Shown here: positions 9,767 through 20,670 of the stretch, one piece after another
Position numbering within the stretch: position 1 is the stretch's first letter
How the letters are laid out: every line of letters starts with the position of its first letter
Assembly: GCA_963748625.1 (NCBI GenBank)
Contig: CAVVJT010000008.1
Location: 78,792-142,791 of the forward strand
Length of the DNA stretch: 64,000 nt
From: an uncultured Chloroflexia bacterium
Lineage (GTDB): Bacteria > Chloroflexota > Limnocylindria > Limnocylindrales > CSP1-4
Direction of reading: 5' to 3'
Made by a program: the position numbers and the translations under genes
The notes under the pieces: generated by a model
Database searches by the model: none
What the model was told of the DNA's origin: nothing
Seen by the model: the letters and a program-made list of their open reading frames with translations, nothing else

Positions 9767-10758
9767 GCGATCACCGGCCGGCCACCCGACCCGCACCCGA
9801 GTTCCCCATCCGGATGCTCGCGCTCGACATCGACGGCACGATCGTGGGCCATGACGTCGCCCTGACCGAGCGGACCATCGCGGCCATCGGGGAGGCCGTC
9901 CGGCGCGGCGTGCGGGTGAGCCTCGCGACCGGCCGGACGCCCGGATCCGCGGTGGTCTTCGCGACCCGCCTTGGCCTGGTGGAACCGATCGTCGGCCACC
10001 AGGGCGCCGTCATGCGGGCTATGCCGGCGCCGGACGTGCAGGCGGACGTCCAGATGCTCGCGTCGGGCGCCGTCCGCGGCCGGGTCGGCAGGCTCCTGTA
10101 CCACCGGCCGATGGCCGCCGACACGGTCCGCGAGGCCCTGGCCTGGTGCTGGGCGAACGACCTCCAGCCGCACATCAACCACCTCGAGCGGGTGCTGGTC
10201 CAGGACGACGATCCGCACTTCGAGGACTACTCCAACTACTTCGGCAAGCGCGCCGAGACCTACCCGGACCTGATCGCGGCGATCCGCACGCCCCAGTCCA
10301 AGGTGATTTCGGTGGGGGAGCCGCCGCGGCCGATGGAGCTCATCGGGGTGGCGCGCCGGCTGTTCGCAGGGCGGGCATGGCCCACCGTGTCGCACCCGCG
10401 GTTCCTGGAATTCGTGGCGCCCGGTGTGTCCAAGGGGCACGCGGTCGCGCTGCTGGCGAGGCGCGCGGGCATCCCGATGGGCCAGGTGATGACGATGGGC
10501 GACGCGCTCAACGACTACGAGATGATCGTGGCGGCGGGCCACGGGACGGCGATGGCCACGGCACCGGCCGAGGTGCGGTCCGTCGCGCGCTACATCGCGC
10601 CGCCGGTCGCGGACGACGGATCCGCAGCCCTGATCGAGGCGCTGGTGCTGGCCTCGCCCGCCGAGGCGCGGCGCAACGCGGCCCGCCTGGAGGAGGAGGC
10701 ACGGGCCTTGCGCGACGGGCCGGGGGTGGCGGCCCACGACGGGATGCCCCGCGCATGA
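9763..10758 (+). CDS. Cof-type HAD-IIB hydrolase
   Basis: LALDIDGT, LATGR, GVSKG and MGDALND. ATGA overlap with prmC. Confidence 0.92.
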   Translation: MSDHRPATRPAPEFPIRMLALDIDGTIVGHDVALTERTIAAIGEAVRRGVRVSLATGRTPGSAVVFATRLGLVEPIVGHQGAVMRAMPAPDVQADVQMLASGAVRGRVGRLLYHRPMAADTVREALAWCWANDLQPHINHLERVLVQDDDPHFEDYSNYFGKRAETYPDLIAAIRTPQSKVISVGEPPRPMELIGVARRLFAGRAWPTVSHPRFLEFVAPGVSKGHAVALLARRAGIPMGQVMTMGDALNDYEMIVAAGHGTAMATAPAEVRSVARYIAPPVADDGSAALIEALVLASPAEARRNAARLEEEARALRDGPGVAAHDGMPRA

Positions 10759-11417
10759 CCGGCTCCCGATCCGCCCGCATCCTCCCCGATGGCGACGCCG
10801 CCCGCGCCGAGGCGGTGGAGCTGCTCCGGGCGGGTCGCATCGTCGCCGTCCCCACGGACACGGTCTACGGGATCGCTGCCGACATGGCGCTGCCCGATGC
10901 GATCGAGCGCCTGTTCGCCGCCAAGCAGCGGCCTCCCGAGAAAGCCGTCGCCGTTCTCCTGGCCGACATCGACCAGGCGTGGGGGTTGGGCGTTGGCTCA
11001 CCCGCAGCCCGGGTGCTGGCCGAGCGGTTCTGGCCCGGCGGCCTGACGCTCGTCCTCCCGATCCAGCCCGGCGTGAACCTGCCGCGCGTGCTGGCCGCCG
11101 GCACACCGACCATCGGCGTCCGGGTGCCCGACCACCACGCGCCGCGCGCGGTCGCCCGCGTGCTCGGGCCGCTGCCCACCACCTCGGCGAACGTGTCCGG
11201 CCTGCCCGACCTGCGTGATGCCCGCGAGATCGCCGAGCGCCTGGGGGACGCGATCGCACTCGTCCTCGACGGCGGACCAATCTCGGGCGGTCCCGCCTCC
11301 ACGGTGGTGGACTGCACGCTCGAGTGGCCGTCGATCCTGCGCGAGGGCGCCATCCCGGCTGCGGCGATCGTGGAGGCGCTCGAGGTCGAGCGGATCCGGC
11401 ACGCGATCGAGCTGTAG
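10755..11417 (+). CDS. tsaC: L-threonylcarbamoyladenylate synthase (Sua5/TsaC)
   Basis: VAVPTDTVYG, AKQRP, FWPGGLTLVL, TTSANVSG and ASTVVD. Confidence 0.93.
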   Translation: MTGSRSARILPDGDAARAEAVELLRAGRIVAVPTDTVYGIAADMALPDAIERLFAAKQRPPEKAVAVLLADIDQAWGLGVGSPAARVLAERFWPGGLTLVLPIQPGVNLPRVLAAGTPTIGVRVPDHHAPRAVARVLGPLPTTSANVSGLPDLRDAREIAERLGDAIALVLDGGPISGGPASTVVDCTLEWPSILREGAIPAAAIVEALEVERIRHAIEL

Positions 11418-11428
11418 CGCGTCGCCCT

Positions 11429-12076
11429 CTACGTCGCGGGGCCGCTGATCACCACCGTCTCGAGCGTGGGCGTCAGGCGCGTTCGCGATCCCGGCAGGGC
11501 GGCGCGGTACTCGGCGTTCGTCCGCCAGACGGTCCCGCCCGAAGGGAAGTTCGGGTCGGCGCTGGCGCGCTGCCGGTCCCCGTGGAGGTTGAACGTCCGG
11601 ATGAGCGCCCGCTGGACCTGTCGCGGGAGCACCGGGAAGAACGGCACGTGATAGTGCGGCTCCAGCCATGCGTAGCGGTAGGGGACGATGAGCGCCCACT
11701 GCCGCCCGATCCGCCGGATTGCCGCGGTCGCACGGGCGAAGTCCTCCGGGTCGGTGACGTGCTCCAGCATGCCCACCGAGATCACGAGGTCGAACTCGCC
11801 GTCGGCGAAGATGGACAGGTCCGTCGCCGAGCCCCGCCGGTAGGTGAAGCCCGGGTGGTCGTGGCTGACCTTCGACACCGGGAACAAGTCCACCCCGACG
11901 ATGGTCCAGCTCGACGGCGCGAAGTCGGACACGGAGCGGCCGCTGTGGCCGCAGCCAAGGTCCAGCACCCGCATCCCTTCCCACGTGCGCACCTGGCCGA
12001 CCAGGAACTGGAACCTGGAGCGCCGGCGCGCCTGGAGGAGACGCCGCATCGGCCACGAGCGGTTGTCGTTCGGCAT
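11429..12076 (-). CDS. Class I SAM-dependent methyltransferase
   Basis: RVLDLGCG, IVGVDL, FADGEFDLVISVGMLEHV and LEPHYHVPF. Confidence 0.85.
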   Translation of the reverse strand: MPNDNRSWPMRRLLQARRRSRFQFLVGQVRTWEGMRVLDLGCGHSGRSVSDFAPSSWTIVGVDLFPVSKVSHDHPGFTYRRGSATDLSIFADGEFDLVISVGMLEHVTDPEDFARATAAIRRIGRQWALIVPYRYAWLEPHYHVPFFPVLPRQVQRALIRTFNLHGDRQRASADPNFPSGGTVWRTNAEYRAALPGSRTRLTPTLETVVISGPAT

Positions 12077-12264
12077 GGCTCCACCCCTTGCGATGTGCCC
12101 ACCCGGAGACGGCGGCGTACCCCGTCCCGTGACGCCGGCCGCGGCGGGGTGCCCATCCCGCGGTCGTCGGAGCACAGGGGTCCGCATGTGTGACCCTACC
12201 CCTTCCGGGCATGGGAGAATGGGAGCCGACGTTTCCGCGCCAGTCACCCCGAGGAGGCTCCGCC

Positions 12265-13599
12265 GTGTCCCACGCCGCCCCGTCCACCGCATGGGCGTCC
12301 ATCGCCGAGGTGGATCCTGACCTGTGGGCTGCGATGGAGGCCGAGCGCCATCGCCAGGCGGACAAGATCGAGCTCATCGCGAGCGAGAACTACACCTATG
12401 CCGCCGTCAACGAGGCGCAGGGCAGCTGGCTGACGAACAAGTACGCCGAGGGCCTGCCCGGCAAGCGCTACTACGGCGGCTGCGAGCACGTGGACGTGGT
12501 GGAGGACCTGACCCGCCAGCGCGCCCTCGCCCTCTTCCCCGGCGCAGATCACGTCAACGTCCAGCCCCACTCGGGTGCCCAGGCCAACATGGCGGCCTAC
12601 TTTGCGGTGCTCAAGCCGGGCGACCGGATCCTGGGCATGAACCTTGCCCACGGCGGCCACCTCACCCACGGCTCCCCGGTGAACTTCTCGGGCAAGCTGT
12701 ACGAGGTCCACGCGTACGGCGTCGACCGCGTGACGGAGCAGATCGACTACGACGTCATCGCCGCCCAGGCCGAGGCCGTGCGACCCAAGGTCTTGGTCGC
12801 GGGCGCGTCCGCCTATCCCCGCACCTGGGACTTCGAGCGGCTCGGCGCCATCGCCCATGGGGTCGGCGCGCTGCTCTTCGTGGACATGGCCCACGTGGCC
12901 GGTCTCGTCGCGGCGGGCCTTCACCCGAGCCCGTTCCCGCACGCGGATCTCGTGACCACCACCACGCACAAGACCCTGCGCGGCCCGAGGGGCGGCCTCC
13001 TGTTCGCCCGCGCCGATCTGCCGGAAGGCGTGGATCGCGCGGACTTCCCGGCGCTGGGCAAGAACACGCTTGCCGCCGCCATCGACAAGTCCGTCTTCCC
13101 GGGCGTCCAGGGTGGTCCGCTCATGCACGTCATCGCCGCCAAGGGCGTGGCGCTCCACCTGGCCCAGACCGATGGCTTCCGTGAGGACCAGGCCCGCACC
13201 GTGGAGAACGCCCGCGTGCTCGCCGAGACCCTCGCGTCAGCCGGTGCCCGCCTGGTGTCCGGCGGCACGGACAACCACCTCGCCCTGGTGGACGTCACCC
13301 CGATGGGCGTCACCGGCCGCGAGGCCGAGGTGCTGCTCGACGACGTCGGGATCACCGTGAACAAGAACGCGATCCCCTTCGACCAGAACCCGCCGAACAT
13401 CGCGTCGGGGATCCGGATCGGCACACCGGCGACCACCACCCGCGGCATGGGTCCTGACGAGATGCGCCTGATCGGCGCCTGGATCGTGGAGGCCCTGCGC
13501 GAGCGCGAGTCGGCGGCGGTCCACGAGCGCATCCGGGGCGAGATCCGCGACCTCGTCGCGCAGTTCCCGGTCCCCGGCCTCCCGCGCGACCGCGCGTAG
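12265..13599 (+). CDS. glyA: Serine hydroxymethyltransferase
   Basis: [36 protein letters not shown] and SGGTDNH. GTG start after GAGGAGG. Confidence 0.97.
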   Translation: MSHAAPSTAWASIAEVDPDLWAAMEAERHRQADKIELIASENYTYAAVNEAQGSWLTNKYAEGLPGKRYYGGCEHVDVVEDLTRQRALALFPGADHVNVQPHSGAQANMAAYFAVLKPGDRILGMNLAHGGHLTHGSPVNFSGKLYEVHAYGVDRVTEQIDYDVIAAQAEAVRPKVLVAGASAYPRTWDFERLGAIAHGVGALLFVDMAHVAGLVAAGLHPSPFPHADLVTTTTHKTLRGPRGGLLFARADLPEGVDRADFPALGKNTLAAAIDKSVFPGVQGGPLMHVIAAKGVALHLAQTDGFREDQARTVENARVLAETLASAGARLVSGGTDNHLALVDVTPMGVTGREAEVLLDDVGITVNKNAIPFDQNPPNIASGIRIGTPATTTRGMGPDEMRLIGAWIVEALRERESAAVHERIRGEIRDLVAQFPVPGLPRDRA

Positions 13600-13635
13600 C
13601 GCGCCCGCGAGCATGACGCAGGGGCGAGTGGGCCG

Positions 13636-14982
13636 ATGAAGCTGATCCCCAGCTTCAGCGACGCGCTCCCGTTCTTCGTCGCGGCCTTCGTGGCGGCGGC
13701 GCTGCTCGCGCTGCTCCTCACCCCGCTCGTGCGGCGGGTGGCGATCCGCCTGGGCAACATCGACCAGCCCGACCACCGCCGCGTCAACGCCCAGCCCATC
13801 CCGCGTGGCGGGGGTGTCGCCGTGGCCGTCGCGTTCCTGGCGGTGACCCTGGGCGGCATGGCCCTCAACACCCAGACCGGCGTTATCGCGATCCCGCGGA
13901 CCCTTGGTCCCGAGGAGCTCGTCGCCCTGTTCGCGGGCGGTGCCCTGGCCACGGTGCTGGGGGTGCTCGACGACACCTGGCAGCTGCGCGCACGCTGGCA
14001 GTTCGGCGGCCAGCTCGCGCTCGCACTGCTCGCGGTGGCCGCCGGCATCACGGTCACGTACATCAACAACCCGCTCGGGCCGGGCAGCATCAACCTGTCG
14101 GGGATCTTCGCCGTGGGGTTCACGGTGCTGTGGATCGTGGGGATGATCAACAGCATCAACTTCATCGACGGCCTTGACGGGCTCTCGTCGGGCATCGCCC
14201 TGATCGCGGCCATGACGCTGGGGCTGATCTCGCTCACGACGGCCGTGGCCCAGCCGTTCATCGGGATCCTGTGCTTTGCGCTCGCGGGGTCGCTGCTGGG
14301 CTTCCTGCGCTGGAACTTCCACCCGGCCTCGATCTTCATCGGGACGAGCGGGGTGATGTTCGTGGGCTACACGCTCGCGATCCTCTCGATCCTGGGCACC
14401 GCCAAGGTGGCCGTCGCGCTCCTCGTGCTGGGCGTGCCCATCATCGACACCTTCTGGATCATCGTCCGGCGGCTTGCGACGGGCCACTCGCCGTTCACCC
14501 CGGACCGCGGCCACATCCACCATCGGCTGCTGGGTCTCGGCCTCTCGCACAGTCAGACGGTGCTGGTCATCTACGCCCTGTGCATTGGCCTCGCGGCGCT
14601 GACCTTCGTACTCTCGGGCACGGGCCAGCTCTACGCGTTCATGGGTCTTGGGGTCCTGTTCGGCCTGGTCCTGTTCGTGGCAACGCGCGGCGAGACGGGC
14701 GATGCGCTGGAAGCCGAGACGTACGACGGCCAAGAGTCGGGCGACACCAAGGCCGATGCCGACCGCCCGGCCGAAGGCGACACCAGGCCGATGCCGACCG
14801 CCCGGCCGAAGGCGACACCACGGCCGATGCCGACCGCCCGGCCGAAGGCGACACCACCGCCGATGCCGACACCGCGACCCCTGGAGATGACCCGGCCCGC
14901 TGACGACCTGCCACCGGGAACTGGGGCGCCTGAGGGTGCGGTGTTAGCATCCCGCTCGCCGGCATCAATGCCGGTGGCCTGA
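13636..14982 (+). CDS. MraY/WecA/TagO-family undecaprenyl-phosphate GlcNAc-1-P transferase (true end possibly 14903)
   Basis: PRGGGVA, GVLDD, INSINFIDGLDGL, FLRWNFHPASIF and DRGHIHHRL. One 36-bp tail repeat is 1 nt short. Confidence 0.9.
   Translation: MKLIPSFSDALPFFVAAFVAAALLALLLTPLVRRVAIRLGNIDQPDHRRVNAQPIPRGGGVAVAVAFLAVTLGGMALNTQTGVIAIPRTLGPEELVALFAGGALATVLGVLDDTWQLRARWQFGGQLALALLAVAAGITVTYINNPLGPGSINLSGIFAVGFTVLWIVGMINSINFIDGLDGLSSGIALIAAMTLGLISLTTAVAQPFIGILCFALAGSLLGFLRWNFHPASIFIGTSGVMFVGYTLAILSILGTAKVAVALLVLGVPIIDTFWIIVRRLATGHSPFTPDRGHIHHRLLGLGLSHSQTVLVIYALCIGLAALTFVLSGTGQLYAFMGLGVLFGLVLFVATRGETGDALEAETYDGQESGDTKADADRPAEGDTRPMPTARPKATPRPMPTARPKATPPPMPTPRPLEMTRPADDLPPGTGAPEGAVLASRSPASMPVA
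14740..14870. repeat. 36-bp tandem repeat x3.5 (GDTxADADRPAE)
   Basis: GGCGACACCAnGGCCGATGCCGACCGCCCGGCCGAA units, the second being 35 bp. Confidence 0.9.
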
Positions 14983-14988
14983 GGTTCC

Positions 14989-16002
14989 ATGCAGCCGTTC
15001 ATCATCGCCGCTCTCGTCATCCTGGCCATCGTCGCGGCTGGGACGCTGGTGGTGCTCACGCGCCACCGGCACCGGGGCGAGGACGCCGCGGCCAAGGAGC
15101 TGGCGCTCCTCCAGATGACCCAGGACGAGATCGCCTACCGGATCGGCATCTCCGACCGCCCGATGCAGACGGGCCTGATCGCCGCCGTGTCCGAGACCGC
15201 CGTGTCCGAGACCGCCGCACTCGCCCAGACTGACCAGCTGATCGCGGACGCGGAGGAGCAGGGGATCGAGCCACAGCCGGTCGCCGTGGCGGTCTCCGCA
15301 GTCGGGGTCACCTCGGCCGGTGCCGCCCGAGAGGTGGCGGATTCGCGTCGGTACCGCCTCTGGCGGGACTCCGCGGCCGTCCTGCTCACGGTCAGCCTGC
15401 TGCTTCTCGCGGTGACGACGTTCGCGCCCGGGCTCCTGGGCGGGACGACCGCCACGCCCGAGCCGTCCGCGATCGCCGTGGTGGAGACGCCGGAGCCGAC
15501 GGACGAGCCGACCCCGACCCCGTCACCGACCCCGTCGCCTTCGCCCAGTCCGACGCCGAGTCCGTCCCCGAGCCCTTCGCCGTCACCGACCCCGTCACCA
15601 ACGCCCAGTCCCTCGCCGTCCCCGACGGCCGCGCCCACGCCCAAGCCGACGCCCAGGCGCACCCCTCGCCCGACCCCGCGCCCGACGCCCAGACCCACCC
15701 CGAAACCCACACCCAAGCCGACGCCCAAGCCGACGCCCAAGCCCACGCCGAAGCCAGTGGCGAAGCTCAGCCTGGGGATCTCCTGCGTCAACTCCACGAC
15801 GGTGCGGTACACGGCAGCCACGAGCGGGGTCTCGGTGAAGCGCTACGAATGGTTCTTCGACTTCACGGGCAACCCGGGGACGAAGTCGGTGACATGGGAC
15901 TTCGGTGGCCCGACGGATGCCGGCAGCATTGTCGTCGTCAAGGTCTACTTCACGAATGGCGCTGTGAGGTCGGAGAGCGGGGCGACGCCTTCCTGCAATT
16001 GA
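14989..16002 (+). CDS. Two-TM membrane protein with long Pro/Thr/Ser/Lys stalk and small C-terminal PKD-like domain
   Basis: Hydrophobic N-terminus, second [12 protein letters not shown]..., (PTPS)n/(PTPK)n linker and YEWFFD motif. Confidence 0.75.
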   Translation: MQPFIIAALVILAIVAAGTLVVLTRHRHRGEDAAAKELALLQMTQDEIAYRIGISDRPMQTGLIAAVSETAVSETAALAQTDQLIADAEEQGIEPQPVAVAVSAVGVTSAGAAREVADSRRYRLWRDSAAVLLTVSLLLLAVTTFAPGLLGGTTATPEPSAIAVVETPEPTDEPTPTPSPTPSPSPSPTPSPSPSPSPSPTPSPTPSPSPSPTAAPTPKPTPRRTPRPTPRPTPRPTPKPTPKPTPKPTPKPTPKPVAKLSLGISCVNSTTVRYTAATSGVSVKRYEWFFDFTGNPGTKSVTWDFGGPTDAGSIVVVKVYFTNGAVRSESGATPSCN

Positions 16003-16131
16003 CGCATGCCATCGCGGCCCTGCCGCATAGGTGCAGCGAGCGGGCCCTCGATACGCACACCCGTCCAGTAGCGCGTAATGGCCGTGTGGGCGAACATGGG
16101 GACCTCGGTCGACCTCGGGAGGATTCCACGC

Positions 16132-19100
16132 GTGCTCCGGCGCCTGCTCACCGCATCGTTCATCACCTTGCTGATCGCCGGGGCGCTGCCCGCCGGCGTC
16201 CTTGCCGTCGCCCCGGTCGCGACGCCGCAGTCGGTGACCACCGATGAGGACACCGGCGTGGCGATCACCCTCGCCGGTACCGACGCTGAGCTTGACCCCC
16301 TGACGTTCGACGTCGTCGCGGGACCTGCCCACGGTTCCCTAACCGGCACCGCGCCCGACCTCACCTACACGCCTGCCACCAACTTCAACGGGCCTGACAG
16401 CTTCACGTTCACGGCCAACGACGGGACGGAAGACTCGGGCCCGGCCACCGTCGACATCACCGTGAACCCGGTCAACGATCCGCCCGTCGCCGTGGACGAT
16501 CCGGGGACGGCGTGCGGGCCCCTGAGCAGCTTCGGTGGATCCTTCCCGATCCCGGAAGACTGGAGCGGCGGCTCCGTCGGGTATGAAGGCTGGTTCGCCC
16601 TCGTCGGCAGCTGTGCTCCGATGCGCAATGACACCGATCCTGATGGCGACGAGCTGACCTTCGAGCTTGTCGGCGACCCGGCTCATGGTGACGCCACCTT
16701 CCTGCCCGACGGCTTCCTCGCCTACGATCCGGCCCCTGACTACAGCACGCCTGGCGGCGATCAGCCCGGTGGCACATGGGTCTCCGACACCATCCACTAC
16801 CGCGTGTTCGACGGGAACCTCTACTCCGACACCGCGAGCTACCGGCTCTGGGTCTCTCCCGTCAACGACGCTCCGAGCTTCACGGCCGGACCGGATGTGA
16901 CCGTGAACGAGGACTCGGGCGCGTACGTTGGAGCGTGGGCGAGCGACATCGATCCAGGCCCCAACGATGGCTACCAGACGGTCGATTTCGTCATCGACGC
17001 CGTCTCCAACCCCTCCCTGTTCGCGTCGGCGCCCTCGATCTCCTCCACCGGCGTCCTCTCCTTCAAGCCCGCTCTGGACCTGTACGGCCTGTCAACGGTC
17101 ACGGTCCATGCGCAGGACGACGGAGGTTTGGAAGACTACGGCGTGGCTAGCGTGAGCCCGGACGACACGTCGGACTCCGTCGTCTTCACCATCTCGGTCA
17201 CGCCGATCAACGATGCGCCGGCACCCGCGGACACCTCGTCCACGATGCCGTGGGGCTTCACGTCGTTGATCAGCCTCTCCGCCTCCGACGCCGAAGGCGA
17301 CGCCACCACCGCCTTTGCCCTGGTCACCACTCCCGAGCACGGCGACGTGACCATCGATCCCGCCCCGTTCGACTGCGACGGCCAGATGCCCAACGTGTGC
17401 ACAGGGCCCGCCCTCTACACGCCGGACCTGGGGTACACCGGACCGGACAGCTTCACCTACACCGCGACTGACGGCACCGACACGTCCGCGCCCGCCACGG
17501 TCAGCATCACCGTGACCGACAACGCGGCCCCTGTCTGCGATGACGCATCCAGCACCGGCCCCGAGGAAGCCGCGCAAGGCGGCAACCTCACGTGCTCGGA
17601 CGCCGAGAACGAGGAGCTCACGTACAGCCCGGTCACCGGGGCGTCGAACGGCGCGGCGATCGTCGCGCCGGACGGCTCCTGGGGCTACCAGCCGAACGCC
17701 AACTTCTCCGGCACCGACTCATTCACCTTCCAGGCGACCGATGCCAACGGCGTGTCGAACACGGCGACCATGTCGATCACGGTCAATGGGGTGAACGATG
17801 TCCCGGTCTGCACCGGGTTCGCACCGGCCGCCGTCGCCGAGGACACCCAGCAGTCCGGCACGATCACGACCTGCGCGGACGTCGAGACCGGCACCCTCAC
17901 GTACTCGAAGGTCGGCGACCCGCTCCACGGCTCGGCCGCGGTCAACGCCGACGGCTCCTGGACCTACACGCCGGCCGCCAACTACAACGGCACCGACTCT
18001 CTCACCTTCAGGGCGTCGGATGGCACGGCCTTCTCCGGTACGGCAACGATCTCCATCACCGTCACGCCGGTGAACGACGCACCGGTCGCGACCGCGGCAG
18101 CGGTCACCACGAGCGAGGACACGTCAAAGGCGATCACCCTCGCCGGCTCGGATGTGGAGTCCTCCCCGCTCACCTACAGCGTCGTCACGTGGCCGACGCA
18201 CGGCACCCTCAGCGGGATCGCGCCCAACCTCACCTACACCCCCGCGGCGAACTACCACGGTCCCGACAGCTTCACGTTCAAGGTCAACGACGGGGCGCTC
18301 GACTCCGCTCCCGCCACCGTGTCCCTCACCGTCACTCCGGTCAACGACGCACCGGTCTGCACCGGCGCCACCGGGACTGGGGCCGAGGACACGCTGCAAT
18401 CCGGAACCCTGGGCCCCTGCAGCGATGTCGACGGCAACACGCTGGCCTACAGCCGGGTCGCCAATGCCGCGCACGGTAGCGCGACGGTGGCGGCGAACGG
18501 TGATTGGACCTACACCCCCGTAGCGAACTACACCGGCTTGGACAGCTTCGCGTTCCGCGCCACCGACGGCATCCTCAACTCGGCCAGTACCACCGTGTCG
18601 ATCACGGTCACGCCCGTCAACGACGCGCCGGTCGCGACCGCGGCCGCGGTCACCACGGCCGAGGACACGTCGAAGGCGATCACCCTCGCCGGCTCGGATG
18701 TGGAGTCCTCCCCGCTCACCTTCACGGTCGTGACGCTGCCCGCCGCACGGCACCCTGAGCGGGATCGCGCCCAACCTCACCTACACGCCGGCGGCGAACT
18801 ACCACGGTCCCGACAGCATCACGTTCAAGGTCAACGACGGGGCGCTCGACTCCGCTCCCGCCACCGTGTCCATCACGGTCACGTCCGTCAACGACGCGCC
18901 CGACGCCCGTTCGGAGGCCTCCGGGTTCGGCGGATTCCCGTACGTGGCCGCCACGACAGCCACCACGCTCAACGTCCTCGCCAACGACACATCGGGGCCC
19001 AAGGTCGACGGTGAAACCTCAGAGCCAGCCGATCCGATCACGATCACCGCGGTGACCGGCGCGGGCCGCGGGACGGTGTCGATCCTGCCTGGCGGCACAG

Positions 19101-19900
19101 CGCTCGCCTACGACCCCCGCGGCTGCCTGACCGGCGACGACGTGTTCACGTACACGGTGACCGACGGCCAAGGCCTGACGGACACGGCGACGGTGGCGAT
19201 CACGGTGGTCCGCCCGGGCAGTGGCGGTCTCGGCAACGCCCCGATCACCGACGTGCCGTCAGTCGGGCTGCGGTCGGGCGCCAGCATCGGGCGCACGGTC
19301 CCGGTGCGCGTCAGCTGGTGCGGCGTGGTGAAGAGCACCTCGAAGGTCAAGAGCTACCGCGTGGAGCAGAGCGCCAGCGCCGGTGCCTCGTGGCCGACGC
19401 TGGTCACGAGGTCGACCACCGCCACCTCCAGCAGCCGGTCCATCGGCACAACGGGAACCTATGCGTGGCGTGTCAGGACCACCGACACCTCGTCCCGCAC
19501 CGGCGCCTACCGCGCCTCCGCAACGGCGAAAGCCGCGATCCGCCAGGAGACCGCGGCCGCGTCCGTCGTCTACGCGGGCGCATGGAGGACCTCATCCGCA
19601 AGCAAGGCGTCCGGTGGGACGATGCGCTCAGCGACCTCGACATCGTCCTCGGTGACGATGACAGTCGCGGCGGGCACCCGGCAGGTGGGCATCGTCGCAC
19701 CGAAGGGTTCCGGGTACGGCAGCTTCAAGGTCTGGGTGGACGGGGTGTACGCGGGCTCGTTCAGTGAGCGCGCGTCCTCGGCGTCGTACAGGCGGATCCT
19801 GTTCGTGCGATCGGTCAATCCGGGAACGGCCCACACGATCGTCCTCAAGCCGGCCGGCAACGGGCGGGTGTACCTCGACGCGCTCGTCACTCTCCAGTAG
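16132..19900 (+). CDS. Large secreted Ig-like (tandem-95/Big_9, cadherin-like) repeat surface protein; frameshift near 18745
   Basis: Signal peptide and repeated YTPAANYxGxDSFTF...VSITVTPVNDAP units. ORFs 16078..19014 and 18866..19900 join across a 1-nt indel in a duplicated repeat. GTG start after GGGAGGA. Confidence 0.85.
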
Positions 19901-20024
19901 CTCGTCGGCAGGAGGGGACGGTCGCGGATCAGGGTACCCGCGCGGCCCCGCGCCGCTGGCCCCCGTCGTTGGCCCTCGCCCATGCCGGTGCGCGCCGGGC
20001 GCGCCTACGGGAGCGTGACCCGTC

Positions 20025-20102
20025 ATTCCTGCGCGCCCAGCGCGCAGCTCCGCGCCTCCCAGACCCGGGGAGCGTCGATTCGCACGCCAGGCGCGCAGGA
20101 AT
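20025..20102. repeat. 13-bp perfect inverted repeat element, followed by GGGAGCC short repeats at 20166-20245
   Basis: ATTCCTGCGCGCC ... GGCGCGCAGGAAT. Confidence 0.65.
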
Positions 20103-20286
20103 TGCAGGGCACCCGCCCGTACGCACGCTGGCCGCGCATCCGGGCCGTGGCCGCGCATCCCCGGGCGGGAGCCGGGAGCCGGGGCGGGAGCCGGGAGCCG
20201 GAGCCGAGCATCCCCGGGCCGGGGGCCGGAGTCGGGAGCCGGAGTCGGGCCAGCACCGACGCTTGGCGGCCGGCGAAGGTTGCGGG

Positions 20287-20332
20287 ACAGGGGTCGACCC
20301 TGTTTCGGATCGCCTGTGCCCTCTGGTATAGT
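20287..20332 (+). promoter_or_regulatory. atp operon promoter with upstream dyad
   Basis: Extended -10 TGGTATAGT at 20324-20332, and ACAGGG-GTCGA-CCCTGT palindrome just upstream. Confidence 0.6.
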
Positions 20333-20355
20333 TCCCGCGCGGTGAACGGTCGCGC

Positions 20356-20571
20356 ATGAACACCGATTTCGGAGGCATGCTTGCCCTCTTCTCCGAGATC
20401 GGCCTGGTCCTCCTTGTGACGACCCTCGCCGGAGTTGCGGCGGGCTACTGGGCGGACCAGCAGCTCGGGACGGGTTGGGTCTTCGTCCTCATCGGCTTCC
20501 TGGCCGGTGCAGGTCTCGGGGCCTTCACGATCCACCGCCTGGTGACACGGTTCCTGAAGCGGTTCGACTGA
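20356..20571 (+). CDS. AtpZ/AtpI-family small membrane protein
   Basis: GVAAGYWADQQLGT...LIGFLAG, first gene of the atp operon. Confidence 0.8.
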   Translation: MNTDFGGMLALFSEIGLVLLVTTLAGVAAGYWADQQLGTGWVFVLIGFLAGAGLGAFTIHRLVTRFLKRFD

Positions 20572-20670
20572 CCGGCCACGGAACGGGCACGGATGGGCAT
20601 GCGTGGCCGCTGGCCGCGCTGCTGCTTGGAGGAACCTGAGGCGCATGACCAGGACGGAGGGAGAGGCCGG

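Noticed and set aside
12077-12264. ZTP or glycine riboswitch upstream of glyA
   Set aside because: I could not find the consensus elements by eye. An Rfam scan would settle it.
14740-14870. 36-bp repeats (and the 21-bp repeats at 30830) as a CRISPR array
   Set aside because: They are head-to-tail units without spacers, lie inside coding tails, and no cas genes are present.
18050-18900. Near-identical ~300-bp direct repeats as DGR template/variable repeats or a mobile element
   Set aside because: They are in-frame Ig-domain duplications within one adhesin, and no reverse transcriptase or transposase is in the window.
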